64,000 bases of DNA from assembly GCA_050273025.1 (NCBI GenBank), contig CP158635.1, forward strand, positions 19,034,001 to 19,098,000, read 5' to 3'. The stretch's first letter is position 1; each line of letters opens with the position of its first letter. A model generated the notes under the pieces. It saw only the letters and a program-made list of their open reading frames with translations. It was not told where the DNA came from and made no database searches. Source of the stretch: Cenococcum geophilum (Eukaryota). A program made the position numbers and the translations under genes. Below, piece after piece: positions 25,827-39,517 of this stretch.

Positions 25827-27299
25827 TCTAGGATCTCTTATAGGGTCTCTTATATATTTTTTGCTTTAAGACGATCGGCTTTTTAGCTAGCTGCAAGGGC
25901 GCGAATCTGCTTGCGTACGTCTATAACGTTATTATTATCTTCAATTTCTAATCCTAATTGGATCTTAGGTTCCTCTTAGGTAGAGGCAACTCTCTTAAAT
26001 AAGCTTACTTTGGGTGCTATTATTAGCTTCCTAGGGTTTGTTAGTATTATACGCTTTAGTTTTAATTCTAGGGGTATAGGTCTAGTCCTATCTAGCTTAT
26101 AAGGTAGGATATTATCTAGGCCTTCCTAGGTAATATAGAGTTGTTTTAGTGTCTAAGTATAGCGCGTTAACGCGTTATTGTAGACGAAGTTTTCTATTTA
26201 AGGTAGGATATTATTTAAGGCCTTCCTAGGCAATATAGGGAGAGCTTAGTATAATGTGACGGCTTATATAAATGCCTCTAAACTAAAGCTTATAGAATGC
26301 TATCTTATAAAGATACTAAGCTAAGGAAAAGGAAAGGGGGTTGCTAGGGCTAGTATAAACAAATAAGTAGCGCAAGCCGCTAAGGCGCTAGTAGTAGGTG
26401 AGTTAACAGTAGAAAACAGTATTAGACAGTATGCGATAATATAAGATAGTATAACAGGTGGCAGAATATGGCAGAACTTGGGCAGAATTTGGTAGATGAC
26501 GCGCTCTAGCGCCGTTATACCTACTATTATATATAAAACCCTAACCCCCGCTAACCTATAACTAGTGCTAGTCCTACTTAAATAATTTTACCTATATATC
26601 TTTAAAAGACTAAAAATCTAATAAGAGGATTTTAAAGGCTTATAATAAGATATACTACATTAAATCTAATACCTTTAGTTCTTATAATTAATGTATATAT
26701 ACTAAAAGCGGCAGTTACGCTAAGGTAAGTTTTTCTATCCTTAATAGATTTCCATTACTAACTTTAAGCTTTAATAGCCTAGGCCTAAGTAGTAACGTTT
26801 CTTTAATATTCTTAACTATTATATTAATTAGGCTCTCTCTTATTTTAGCGCTAATGCTAAATATCTAGGTTAAATTTAAGACTATACTATAGCTATTTAT
26901 ACCACCTATAACTCTTAGTAAGCTAGCTAATAGCGCTTAATATAAAAGTAAGGCTAGTACACTAAGGATAGGGTAAAGGATAGGGATAATAAGAAGAAGG
27001 TTACTATATACTATAAAAAGGAGTTTATTTATACGCATTAAGTTTTAAAAGAGCATAATATAATACGGTATTAAGTAGGTTACCCTTTAAGTACCTAGCG
27101 GATAGGTAACTAACAGTTACTATAGTAAGGTCTTAGTAGTTCTAGACTATACTAGCTAGCTAATATCTCTATTTATTCTAGGCTTAAGCGTATCTTTATT
27201 AATTATAAGCTTACGCTATAACAGCTTTATTAGTATTAGTTTAGACCTAATATTAGTATTAAGTATTTAAGGATCTTTACCCTAGCTATACCTTATCGT

Positions 27300-30200
27300 T
27301 ATTACGGCACTAGCAGAACCTAGCAGAACTTGGTAGAACTTGGCAGAACTTCGCGGTCACGTGACTAGAAGACCGCATAAAAAGAACCCTACTTTGACTA
27401 GCGCTGCTCTTCTTCTCCTTTCCTTTCTTTAGCTTTAGATCCTCGTTTATAGACTACCAATTGTATAGGCTTGCGTGTCCCTTTTGCTGTGCTCGTGCCT
27501 TAATTAACTGAGTTACTAACATTATTTAAAGCTTAACTACCCTTTCTTCCTAAGAAGGAACTTAAATATATCTACAGACTATAAACTAGAATAGAATATA
27601 GAATTAGACCTAAAGAATATTACTAGAACTAAAAGAATAGAAAAGAATAATAAGACCTATAGAATACGCATAGACTAGAACCCCTATAGAATCCTATTAA
27701 AGGTTACCCTAATAACCGTACTACGATGCTAAGAAATATAGCAGCCGGTAAAGCAGCTGTAGGACCCTTAAATACCTCTAATAGTAAAATAGCAACTAAC
27801 TTAAACTCCTAAGTAGAGCTCGTAGCAGCTAATGCCGAAATTAAATAACTTTAAGAGCTGCTTAAAGCCAAAGAACCCCCTACGCCTAGCAAGGAATTAT
27901 TAGACACCTAGAGACTTGCTATAGTCCTTAAGGCTCTAGCCTAACGTATAGTATTAGCATTATTGCGGTCCATAAAGGTTATAGACCCCCTATTGCTTAT
28001 AGACGGAACCAACCCTATATTTAATAATTGGAAGCTTTAATTATAGGATAAGCTTAAAGTTAATGCGGATTACTTCCCTACTACTTAGGCTAAAATGGCC
28101 TATGTCTTCGGCCGTACCGGCGGGGACGTATAGATGCACCTACGTCCGCGGTACGTATAGGACTTAGCAGAGCCCTTCCTTTCTAAAGAAGAGATAATTG
28201 TTTACCTATCTTCTATTTATAAGGACCCCTTTAAAGTATAGAACGCCTAACTTAATTATAAAAGCCTAAACATGAAAACGATAGAGACTTTCTTAGCCTT
28301 TTAGACCCGCTTTCTGCACCTAGCCGGCTAGGCTTGAATTCCCTAAGAAGATCTAATACTAGACCTATTTAATAAGCTTACCCTAGACCTGCAGCAAGCC
28401 GTACTGCTAGTTTTTACTACTATATAGACGCTAAAGGAACTTACAGACTAGTGCTTAGTTATTAACTAAGGCCTCCGCCAAATTAAGGCATGCGCCGAAT
28501 GGTATAAAGCTAAAAACCCTTTAAATTAGACTATAAGCAATATAAGAACGGCCTGTAATGCCCTAGCACGATTAGTAACCCCCGCAGTACTACCCATATA
28601 GCCTACCGCTAATTTAGCAGCTAGCTATGCGGCTAGCCCTGCTATAGGTCCGGCGAATGCTCGGCCTATATATAGCAACCCCTATATATAGGCCCTTAGT
28701 GATTAAGGAGCTTGCTTCTCTTACGGATAGAAAGGTCACTATATAAAGGATTGCCTAATAAACGTAAAAGCGGACGAGGTTCTATTAATCTAGGAGAATA
28801 GCGCGGAGTCGGAAAAAGAGGAACCCTAGAGGAAGACTCCTCTTTAGGGTTAAAAGGGATTAATATATTAGATATTAATCTAGGTTAGCTAGTTAGTAGA
28901 AGAAGCTACACTATCCCTTATACTTTATTCCGTAATAGATACTAAGTTTTAACCTCTGCTTTAGCTAACTTTAGAGTAAATGCCTTTGCCTTAATAGACA
29001 CCTAGTGTGCTATAAAGCTAGCTAACTTTCTAAATGTACCTATTAAAGAACTGCCTAAACTAATTTCTATCCGCGGGTATAATGGGCGGATAGGACCACC
29101 TATTACAACTATCTTATAGATTTACCTCCGTGTTAACGGATAAAGGCAGTATAACGCCCCCTTCCTTATTATGGACCTAGGTAGCTATAATATAATCTTA
29201 GGGCGAAAATAGCTAGCCTATTTAGGCTTACAGCTTAATATATAGAGTAGACGGCTTACCTAGCCTAAAACCCTACCCCCGACCCCTTCCTTTATAAAAG
29301 AAATTAGTATTATAATGGAAAACCTTATACGGCCTTAGATTAATACTATTTACTAGGCCAATGCTATGCGTAGGGATTAGGCCTTTAAGAAAGATATATA
29401 GCTTAATTTGTAACGGATCTATATACTACGTCGCCCCTAGACTACCTATATTACGCCACCCGTATTAAAGACCTAGGAAGTTAGTAATAACCTAGAAAAG
29501 CCCCCTATGGAGAGCTTAGGCCCTATACAGCCACGAAAAACAGTAAGGGATGTTGGACGTTATATTAAACTAATAGATTAGAGGGATAACCTACGGAAGA
29601 TGGAATAGGAGCTAAAAAAGATTATAAACCCTAAACTATAAAATACGGTCTGGAAAACGGCTGTAAGGAAACTAGCGGACCTCCCACTAGTTAATGTCTG
29701 CTGTATTGGTGCCGTAGGATTCTACTAGAACTTAGTTTAGCCTAATACTGTCGCCTTTATAACAAGCTTATACAAAATTAATTAAATAATTAAGGAAAAG
29801 GGAAATAAGCTTAGTGGATAAGAAAGCGAGCTTATAGATAAGGAACTAGTAGAATAAAAGCTACCCTATTAACACTAGAAATTTAAGGACATATTTTCTA
29901 AAGTAGTGTCTAATATACTTTTACCTTACTGACCGTATAACTATAAGATTAAGCAGGGTAAAGAAAACACCCTTAGCTTTAGCCCCCTTTATAAGTAGTT
30001 TATTACTAAATTGCAGGCTATAAAGTAGTATCTTATTAATAACCTAAATAAGGGCTTTATTAAGCCTAGCTAAGCCCCTTTTACCTCGCCTATTCTCTTT
30101 ATTAAAAAGCTAAATAGAGGACTTTGTTTCTGTATTAACTACCGTAAGCTAAACAATATAACCCGCAAGGATTGCTATTCGCTGCCCCTACTTAATAAGA

Positions 30201-33186
30201 CTCTAGCCTAAATAAGTAGAGCTAAGGTCTTTATAAAGCTTAATATCCGCTAGGCCTTCTACCGAATTAGGATAAACCCCGGATCTAAAGATTTTATTAT
30301 ATTTTAGACCTGTTACGGAACGTATAAATATAAAGTGCTCCCTTTTAGACTAACTAACGGACTAGCTATATACTAGCGGTATATAAATAATGTACTTTTT
30401 AACTACCTTGATGATTTTTATACGGCCTATTTAGATAATATTATAATTTACTCTGAGAACAAGCTAGAATACGAGGAGCACGTCTATAAAGTCCTATAAC
30501 AGCTCTACGAGGCTGGCCTCTAGGTCAACATTAAGAAGTTAGAGTTTAGTGTTAAGCGTATAAAGTACCTAGGTTTTATTATTAGTATAGACGGAATTAA
30601 AACCAACCTAGAGAAAACGGCTATAATTAACTAGTGGGCACCCCTATAGACTATAAAGGGGGTATAATCCTTTTTAGGGTTTTATAACTTCTACTAACGC
30701 TTTATTAAGAACTATAGTAGGATCGCCTGGCTTTTTAACTATCTTACTAAAAAAGACCAGCCCTTCTACTTTAACGCTATATATAGGCAGGCCTTTAATA
30801 AGCTTAAGAAACGGCTGGTATTGGCTCCCCTACTTGCCTATTTTGACCCGGAACGGCCCTTAATACTAGAAACTAATGCCTTAGACGGCGTAATAGCTAG
30901 TGTTTTTTCCCAGAAGCAACTGGACGGAGAGTAGCACCCTATTATATACTATTTAAAGACTATAATAGATGCTAAGCTAAATTACTATATCCATAATAAA
31001 GAAATGCTGGCTATTATCTCTAGCTTTTAGCACTGGCGTGTATAGCTAGAGGGGACCCCTAAGCCGATTAAGGTAGTTTTAGATTATAAGGCCCTAGAAT
31101 ACTTTATAATAACTAAGGCCCTTATGGCCCGGTAGGCACGCTAAGCGAATACCCTATCTTAGTTTAACTTCTTAATTATATATAGACTAGGCGCTACGAA
31201 CTATACGGATGCTCTTATAAGGTGCGAGCAAGACCTAGATAACTAGATAGCTGCGAAGATCTTACTATAGACCTAGACGCTACTATAACTAGAATACCTT
31301 AACCCCTGGATACGGGCAGAACTAAGCATAAACTCCTTAGGCGCCAAGATATGTCCTATTAACTCCTCTAAACTTGACCTTATTAATAAACTACTATAGG
31401 CTAACTAAACAACCCCCTTTCTACAGGAATACCGTAAAAAGGCAAAGAACGTTGCTAGCCTATGGTCCCTTAAAAATGGACTACTTAAGCACTAGGAATG
31501 GCTAGTAGTAGTTAAGGAATAGAACTTACGGACCCGGCTTATTGCCGAAGCTTATACCTAGGTCTCTACGGCCTACCCTAGAAAAAATAAGACCCGTAAG
31601 ATTATTGGTGACCGCTACTACTAGCCCGGAATAATTATAGATATTAACCGTTATATACGGAACTGCGACAGCTACCGTAGATCTATAATTCCACGAGATA
31701 AGACCCTAGGACTATTAAAACCTCTCCTAATACCCGACCGCCCCTAGTAGCATATCTCTATAGACTTCTATAAGCTACTAACAGACCATAACGGATATGA
31801 TATGGTTATAATTCTAGTTAACTGCTTTAGTAAGCGCCCGTTCTTAATTCCCTATTATAAGAATATTAATGCTAAGGAGGCGGCCTAACTGTATATCCAC
31901 TACGTTTACTATATTTATAGACTACTAGATACTATTATATCTAATTATAGCCCATAATTTATATTGGCCTTCTAGAACAAGTTTACCTAGATCCTAGGTA
32001 TTAGGCTAAAGCTCTTTATAGCATACTACCCCCAGATAAACGGCTAGACGGAGATTATAAATTAATATTTAGATTAGAGACTCCGGCCTTTTGTTAACTA
32101 CTTTTAGGATAACTAGGGCGAACTGCTACCCCTAATAGACTACGCCCAGGTAACCCTACCCTATAACTTTATGGGATTTGCACCTATCTAACTAGAAATG
32201 GGGTATTTACCCTAAATAAGCTTTAACTGGGATAGACTAGAAGGACTATAGACTATACGCAAGAAACTATCTTATAAGGAAGCCTAGTAGTACGCCAAGC
32301 GCTTAGAGGAAGCCTAGATGGTAGCCTGTATAAATCTAGAAAAGGCCTAGAAATTAATAGAATAGTAGGTAAATAAGTATAGGCGCGAACCTGACTTTAC
32401 CGTAGGCGATATGGTTTGGGTTATAATAAAGAACTAGAAGACGGAACGGCCTAGCTGTAAGCTAGACTATTAGATAGCGGGACCGTATAAGGTCCTTAAG
32501 AAGATAGGTAACTTATATAAAGTAAAGCTTCTAGATTTAATTAAGGTTTACCCCGTTTTCTCGCCGGATAAGCTATAGAAAGCTATAAACGACCTATTAC
32601 CTAGATAAAAGAACGAACCTCCCCTATCGATTTAAGTTAATGGTGATAATAAATAGGAAATTAAAGAAGTACTAGCCTGTAAACTAGTAAGGAAAACGCT
32701 AAAGTACCGCGTTAGTTGGAAAGGCTATGACCTAAATCCTACCTGGTACCCTATATGGAACTTTATTAGCAGTCCCTATAAGCTTTAAGAATTCTATAAC
32801 CGCTACCCTAATAAACTAAAACCCCTAAAGTACCTAGACGAGTAAATAGAGTGCTAGTATAGTAAAGACAATAAGCTACCGGAAGAATATAAAGATAAGA
32901 ACGCCCTATAAGCATAATATGGACTATAAAGCCTGAGGGCAGGCTTTTACGGAGGGGGGGGTAATGTTACGGCACTGGCAGAACCTGGCAGAACTTGGTA
33001 GAACTTGGCAGAACTTCGCGGTCACGTGACTAGAAGACCGCATAAAAAGAACCCTACTTCGACTAGCGCTGCTCTTCTTCTCCTTTTCTTTCTCTAGCTT
33101 TAGATCCTCGTTTATAGACTACCAATTGTACAGGCTTGCGCGTCCCTCTTGCCGTGCTCGTGCCTCGATTGACTGAGTCGCTAACA
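27300..33186 (+). mobile_element. Ty3/Gypsy LTR retrotransposon D (5.9 kb, RIP-inactivated, uninterrupted)
   Basis: 222-bp LTRs at 27300-27521 and 32965-33186; TSD atcgt; PPT ggagggggggg. Degenerate gag-PR-RT (YLDN, ~30428)-RH-IN-chromodomain. Confidence 0.94.
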
Positions 33187-33404
33187 ATCGTCCTACCCCT
33201 ATTAAGGGGTCTAAATCCCATTCCTATTAGCTATTACTTAATAGCCTAATAGATACTAATCCTACTCCTAAGAATAAGGCATAGTAGCTTTTTAGATTAG
33301 GTATTTAGGATTTGTTCTTATATATAGTCCTCTAGTTATATAACCGCAAAGTTCTATTAAGTTCTGCTAATTAAGTTCTGCCATTTTCTACTAGTGCCGT
33401 AATA

Positions 33405-33619
33405 CCTAATATATTTCTTAGGCGCAGTATTATATATTTAAAGGACCACAGTCCCTACCTAGATAGTTCTCTCTTTATAGTAAATCTTAGAATATAATTA
33501 GAGTTAATCTATTAAGTAACTACTCTACTTGTTATATTTATATTATTAACTTCTTATTTACCTATATACCTAACCTATTAATAAGTCTACCGTAGTATCT
33601 ACTATAAGGCTTTGTTATA
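33405..33619 (+). repeat. 3' half of a family-B LTR (relic)
   Basis: Matches the second half of LTR 8675-9099 (agtccctacctagatagtt...agagttaatctatt...gttata). Confidence 0.7.
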
Positions 33620-36351
33620 TTCTACTAGTATTAAGTTATTACCTATTTGGCGGCGCTTTCTACTTGACATTATAGAGGCGAATAGGGTAGATATATTTTT
33701 TATTAATTATAGAGCTGGTTCCGCCGATTAGTTTGACAGTATTTCTGAGACAAGAGCTGTTATGGGGTAGAGATTAATTTTGTTAAAGAAAATAACTGTG
33801 GGATGATGATCAATCTGCCCCCGAAATTCGTGCAGAGGAAAGGCCACGCATCCAGGGGGCCAGGCGCGCGTGGATGGCGAGGAACCGCGCGTCTTCCCTA
33901 GGAACTCGCCAAGTCACGTGATGATATCTGGAAAGGCTCACTAGCAGCCGCATTTTTTGTGCAGGTAAACATCGTAGTCCCCGCACTCCCGCCCCCATAG
34001 TGAGACCCCGCTAAGCAGAGCACTGTTGCACTAGATGCTCGCCATTTTGCCTGTCGTAGCTAGATCCCACCCTTTGTGCTGGAAGCTTGACCCCTCCGTT
34101 TGCAATGTCCTCTCGATTGGCTTGCAACTAGGCAGCTGCCTAACTATCCTCATCGTGGCTGTGAGGGAGAACGCTTGGCCGGCCGGCCGCCGAACCCGCA
34201 ACACTTTTTCCGTCTGCTCCAAAGTCAGCAACCGGAGCGGTTCTCAGCCTTCAACTACCTACATTAAACCAGCGCGAGAGAGCAGAACAGCTAAAGTCCC
34301 GGAACCCGATCCCAGCCTGCACTTCATCACCAATCACAAGGATGGTTTACTATTGCGCGACTTGATTGTCCGGGCGGCGGCGTTCAATGGCTGTGGGAAG
34401 CTGCCCATGGACCGCTGGCTATCAGATGGTGCTAATCCGGAGCCCGAACACGTCATAGAGGCAGGGTTCCTCGGGCATCAACAAACGACGCTGGTCTAAC
34501 TAAACTTCTGTAGACCTGAAGCATGGCGCTGACTGTTACTGAACAGCTTTCGTACCACTGATGATATTCGATTAATTTTTGACCGGAGTCCAGGATTGGG
34601 GGAGCGGTGAAGATGGTGAGGGAGCAGGTTGTTGTGGCGCTGCACATTGGTGGTTCGGATATTATGCAAGGCTTGTGGCCTTCTCGCGGCATGGAAACGG
34701 CATGGAAACGGCATTAGCGTTACGAAAACTTGTCTTGAAAGCATCTGCAGGTGTTGTTTCCAATTGGGAATTTAGACGACGGGAAGATATGGAAAGTGCA
34801 CGGAATTGAAGAACCCTCGATCACTACATTGATAATTGATAATTGATCATCGATCATTGATATCATCAATACCGTAACCCATCTCAGCACCCGGCGCGTT
34901 GACCAATCCAGCTTCGGACATACCTACGTCTCCCAACCTTGTATTCTTTTCGATAGCATGGACTACAATCACAATGGCATACGCGCTACTGCAAATCGAA
35001 TTCTTCGTGCCTCTAGTGGTGCGCCTAATGCTCTACATCCCGCCCAGCGCCGGGTTTCCGGCATTTGATACAAGCCTAGCTGTTGAATTGAAAGCACAAG
35101 GCGATGTCGCGCTTCTAGGATCGTATGGGAGGAAGAAATTTTCACGAGTGGTGGCATGGAGCTGTTTCAACGTGTTACTGTCAGTCGCATTGCAAGCCGG
35201 GATTGAGTGGCCAGTCATAGATGTGCTGAAGCTGCGGAGCATACTGGTGATCAAAGGCAGCGTTTGGAGCTTCAACCATCTCCTGAATCCATGGACCATG
35301 GCTAAGAGCATTGCCGAAGGATTAATCCTTCAAAACGCGAGTGTCGGCAATTAGAATCTACTGATGTGTACTGATCTGGATTTACTTTTCGGTTTCTCCA
35401 ATATTACATCTGCCTCTACCTCCTCCACCGCCTTAGCTCCACCTACCTCACCCGCTGGCATTTGGCCTGGCAACACAGCATCCGGGCCCCCTACTCCTTC
35501 GTCGCGAACTACAACTACCCAATATGTTTTCTTCTGCACCACTTCCTTCCTCTCTACCTCCCAGCCTACCTCTTCCGATTCCATATAATGACATACCTCA
35601 TCCTGCTCGCAATCTTCTAACTCGAAGAGATGTTTACATACTCGGGCTACAATGTGCTACCATCCACTATCATGCTGCGAGGTATGGCGCGAAGAACCGA
35701 TGTGCATATGATGAGCGTTGGGAAAGGGAACTATGCGCCAATTAGCGTGCTAGACTAGTGCCACGGGACAACGTTGGACGCGGACGTTATGGACGATGTT
35801 AGGGATGAAATGGAGAAGCATGATGTGCAGGAGAGGGCAGGAAAAGCGATGGATGATATGGGAACGGGGCAAAAAAGTGAGAGCAAGGAAGGGCGGGGAA
35901 AGAAATGAATGTTAGAGGGGGGCGAGTAAGTGATTAGATTCTAGTGGAATGTTCTTATGCATTGATAATTGATTTGGTGTTTCCTGAAATGATACTCCTC
36001 AATATTATCAACTCAATTTCGGAACACCGCGTCACATGCGCTTAGGATGTGGTGCAGTTAAAGTAAGGCCCGCTAATCACCGTTAGTACTCCGAAGATTT
36101 TACTCTTCTAATACGTTAACATTATTTTGATGTTGCTGTAAATTCATGAGACCAAGTCTATGCCATCTGCCCTATGACGCGTTTTCGGGTGGTGGTTGAA
36201 TTTGCTTGCTTGATACAAAATCGTATAGAAATGCAAACCGAGCCCTCCATGGAAATTTGCCGTGCCAGTACTAAAACTCTGCTTTTACGGCCGCAGCATG
36301 CCGATGACACTCTTCAGCCCCTGCAATAAACGCCCAACCTCAATGATCCAT

Positions 36352-37189
36352 TCAGAAAACCATCATGTGCGGCCTGTCAGCCTTGCGCAGGCTGAAGGAC
36401 GAGCTCAGGTAAGGAAGTAGCATGGGTTCCTTCTTGATGTTGGCCAACAGAGCCTTGTCGACGGACTTCTGGTCCTCCACACGGCTGCTCGCGATCTCCT
36501 TCTTCTGTCGAACCAATCAGTAACCAATATCCAGACGTTTCCTCTCGAAGAGGGCTGGCAACTGACCTCTGGCTTCTCGCCCTGCTTGAAGAAAGCCTCC
36601 TCTCCCGTCTTCTTGCTCTTCTTGTCCTTGGTGAAGTAGCCATCCTCGCTAACCTTCTCCAAAACCTTTTCATCCACACCCTTCAAATCCACAGTGGTCG
36701 AGGTTGCAATGACATATCGAGCATTGACCCTCCGTAGAGGAACGCCGTTGACTTTGAAGGGGCCGGTGACGAGGAGCACACCCTGGGGAAGGTGCTTAAG
36801 GAGGATAACGCGCTTGCCGCGGAAGCGACCAGCCAGGAGGATCAGAACGGAACCAGGTTGCAGTGACGGACGGGGCTTCGCTGGTCGGAGAGATTTGCGG
36901 GCCTAGATAAGTAGTAAATGTCAGTGTCTTGCGTCACGAAATTGCTTCAGACTGGAAGTCGAGATGAGAGAACTCCTGCGCTTAATTGCAGAACTGACAA
37001 CGCCAATTCCGGCCAGCACTTCCTCTAGTCTCTATGCGCTCTCCCCCTTCACTAGGTTAATCGTACCTTCTTGGGCGCGCTCTCGTCCTCAGCGGGATAA
37101 TACTTGTTGGCCTTCTGGGAGTGGTGAGGTATCGACCGCTCGCCCTTGCCGAACGACTTGGTTACCGGCTGTTCCTGCTTCGCCGACAT
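36352..37189 (-). CDS. RPL6: 60S ribosomal protein L6 (eL6); exons 37189-37067, 36902-36567, 36504-36352
   Basis: [24 protein letters not shown]...[27 protein letters not shown] and C-terminal [23 protein letters not shown] introns. Confidence 0.97.
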
Positions 37190-37436
37190 GTCGAATTGTG
37201 ATGCAGGAAGAATCCGTGGGAGTTGGGTGGGAGGCTTAGTTAGTAGTCGCTTGGTCGTCGAAGTCTGTGGTCTTTTTCGAAATCTCGTGTGTGGATATTC
37301 GGATTAACTAGCGTGCCGAGTATTCAAGCGCCAAGAATCATCAAAGCTCCCGTGGCTGTCAACTCCTCTATCCAGTTCCACTATCTCACCTTTTCACAAC
37401 TAAACGAATACCGCTGTCTATATTCTATAAGCCAAC

Positions 37437-39004
37437 ATGTCGATACAGCCTCTCATCACATTTAAGGCAGGTAAATGTGAGCTTGAGGTTTGTTACTGGA
37501 TCATCTATCCCGATTTACTCGATTTACTGATCTATCGTAGCCCGGCAACCCATCAAAAGTCAAAGCTGTTCCCACGCCTGGTTACATCTACCTTTATAAT
37601 GATGGTATTATGGCATCTCCAAGTTGCACTGTATTAATCTCACAAGTTTACAGAGCTTGTTCACTTCTGCTGGCGGCCACGGTCCGCTCCCGCATCCGAC
37701 CCCGAGCTTGACCTTCTCATGATTCCCGGGGATGGAAGCTTTCTCCCATACACAGGTCCCGATGGTGGATCAGACTCAGATGATCTAAAATCCCCCACAA
37801 ACGGTCGCATTTTCGTCCTAAAGTTCTCTTCAAGCTCCCAGCGACATCTTTTCTGGCTGCAGTCCAAGACTCAACACCCCCAAGGCAATCCAAGCTGGTT
37901 CAGCGAGCGGGACCAGAAGTTAGGACAGATAGTGGATATGCTATTGAGTGGCGAAGAGGTAGATGTTGCGTATGAGCTCCGGGATATCAGAAATCGCCGC
38001 GGGTCTGGCCGACCTGATGACGATGATGAAACAATGGAGGATGTAGAAGGTACTGATCATGCCCCAGATCGCCACCGACAAGGTAGTGGTGGGGCTGGTC
38101 CAGGTGCCACAGGCGGGGACATAAGAGAAGAAGGCGAGGAATCTAGGGAAGGTGGTGCTGATGGTGGCCGAGCGTAGGTTATCATTTTCAACGTCGCAAC
38201 GCTGCCGGTTTATCTGTGAAAGTGAGGGAGGCGCTAGAAAATGGTCAAAATCGGTGAGGCGTTATGGGTTCACCAACACTGCATAAGGTCATCAAACTTG
38301 GCCTGAGTGATTCAGCAAGGCAGATATGTAACTGTAAACACATCAAATAACGATTGGGTTTAGCCTTCTCCAGCGACACGACGTCTGATCTATATCTGCT
38401 GGCACCCGCTCAATTACAGACGAAAATATGCTAACTTGTTTTTAGTGCTTTCGCAGGTACGACAGATGCTGCGGCAATTGTACAAAATTTCCTCAACTCA
38501 TTGAAAAGCGGGAGCCTCTCCGGCAGCGCTCAACAACAGGGCAAACCATTCACGACACTACCAGATCTACTTCCATCGTCAACTACTATCCCAGTCATTG
38601 AAGCCGCGAACTCGACCTTCATCGACGCATTACTCTCTCACTTACCACCAACACTTCTCCTTCTCGCACAAGAAATCGACGAGCTTTCCGAAGTCGACCC
38701 TGATTCCGAAACCGCACAGGCTGCTATTCAAGCCTTAAGTACGGACCAGAAAAAGGACATCCTCAAACGAGTTCTCCGCTCTCCGCAACTACACCAGAGT
38801 CTTGGCAGCTTGACTGTTGCTTTACGGGATGGCGGGCTGCCAACCGTTAGCGAGGCGCTAGAGATCAAAGTTGAAAATGGTGGATACACACGAAATGGCG
38901 GAATGCCACTTGGGGCGGGCGAAGCAGTGGAGGCCTTTTTAGAAGGTGTCAAAAAGACTGTTCAGGAAGACAAATCAGGAGACAGCAGGATGGACATCGG
39001 CTAG
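37437..39004 (+). CDS. RPN13: Proteasome ubiquitin receptor Rpn13/ADRM1; exons 37437-37487, 37541-37604, 37654-38173, 38446-39004
   Basis: PLITFKAGKC...PGYIYLY...LVHFCWRPR...NGRIFVLKFSSSSQRHLFWLQ (Pru domain) and C-terminal LRSPQLHQSLGSLTVAL. Splice sites keep frame. Confidence 0.92.
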
Positions 39005-39517
39005 AGCGCTTTCCTGCTGTTGAGTGATGTATGAGAAACACATGCCGGCTAGAATTGATGCATGAACAATAAAAAGAATCAAAACTATAGAGGCTAGCTT
39101 CAGACGCCACTGGATATTGCTTAACTCATATCACTTGAGGCTTGCATATTTCCTAGAGTCCAAATATTCGAAATTTCGCTTAGGCCAAAAGCAACCAGTA
39201 CGAGGAGGCACTCCCAAGAGCATATGACCTAGAATCTTGGGGATGCATTTCTTAGCTGGCTTTAAACGTATTATGCATAGGATTTGCAGCAGAATAGACA
39301 TGCAGTATACACTGCTTGGATTCGTCCTGAAAGTATCTCAAGTCAACCATCGCCGTTTTGCTAACACTTCCATCTAAGAGCTCTAATACCCAATGCGCCC
39401 TAAAGCCTTTACCTGTCACTTCACCTCTCTAGCTTATCCTCAAGGAGTCCTTACATCACACTTGACTATTATTCCCAATATTGCCGTTAGTCTCAGTTGC
39501 CCCCCTCTCCGCGTCAG

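Larger units (their letters stand above)
4862..26519 (-). mobile_element. Ty3/Gypsy LTR retrotransposon A (RIP-inactivated; ~6.0 kb without its nested insertions)
   Basis: 265-bp LTRs at 4862-5126 and 26255-26519; TSD cctac (4857-4861, 26520-26524); polypurine tract next to 5126. Degenerate RT/RNase H (DHKALEYF..Q.RW-type motif near 7930-8005), integrase and chromodomain on the minus strand. Confidence 0.93.

Noticed and set aside
26536..26562. Telomere-like ccctaa motifs
   Set aside because: Only one or two degenerate units; expected in TpA-rich RIP DNA.
28805..28852. gag-pol frameshift signal (ggaaaaag plus stem-loop) in element D
   Set aside because: Plausible but an expected feature of fungal Gypsy elements and RIP-damaged; not novel.
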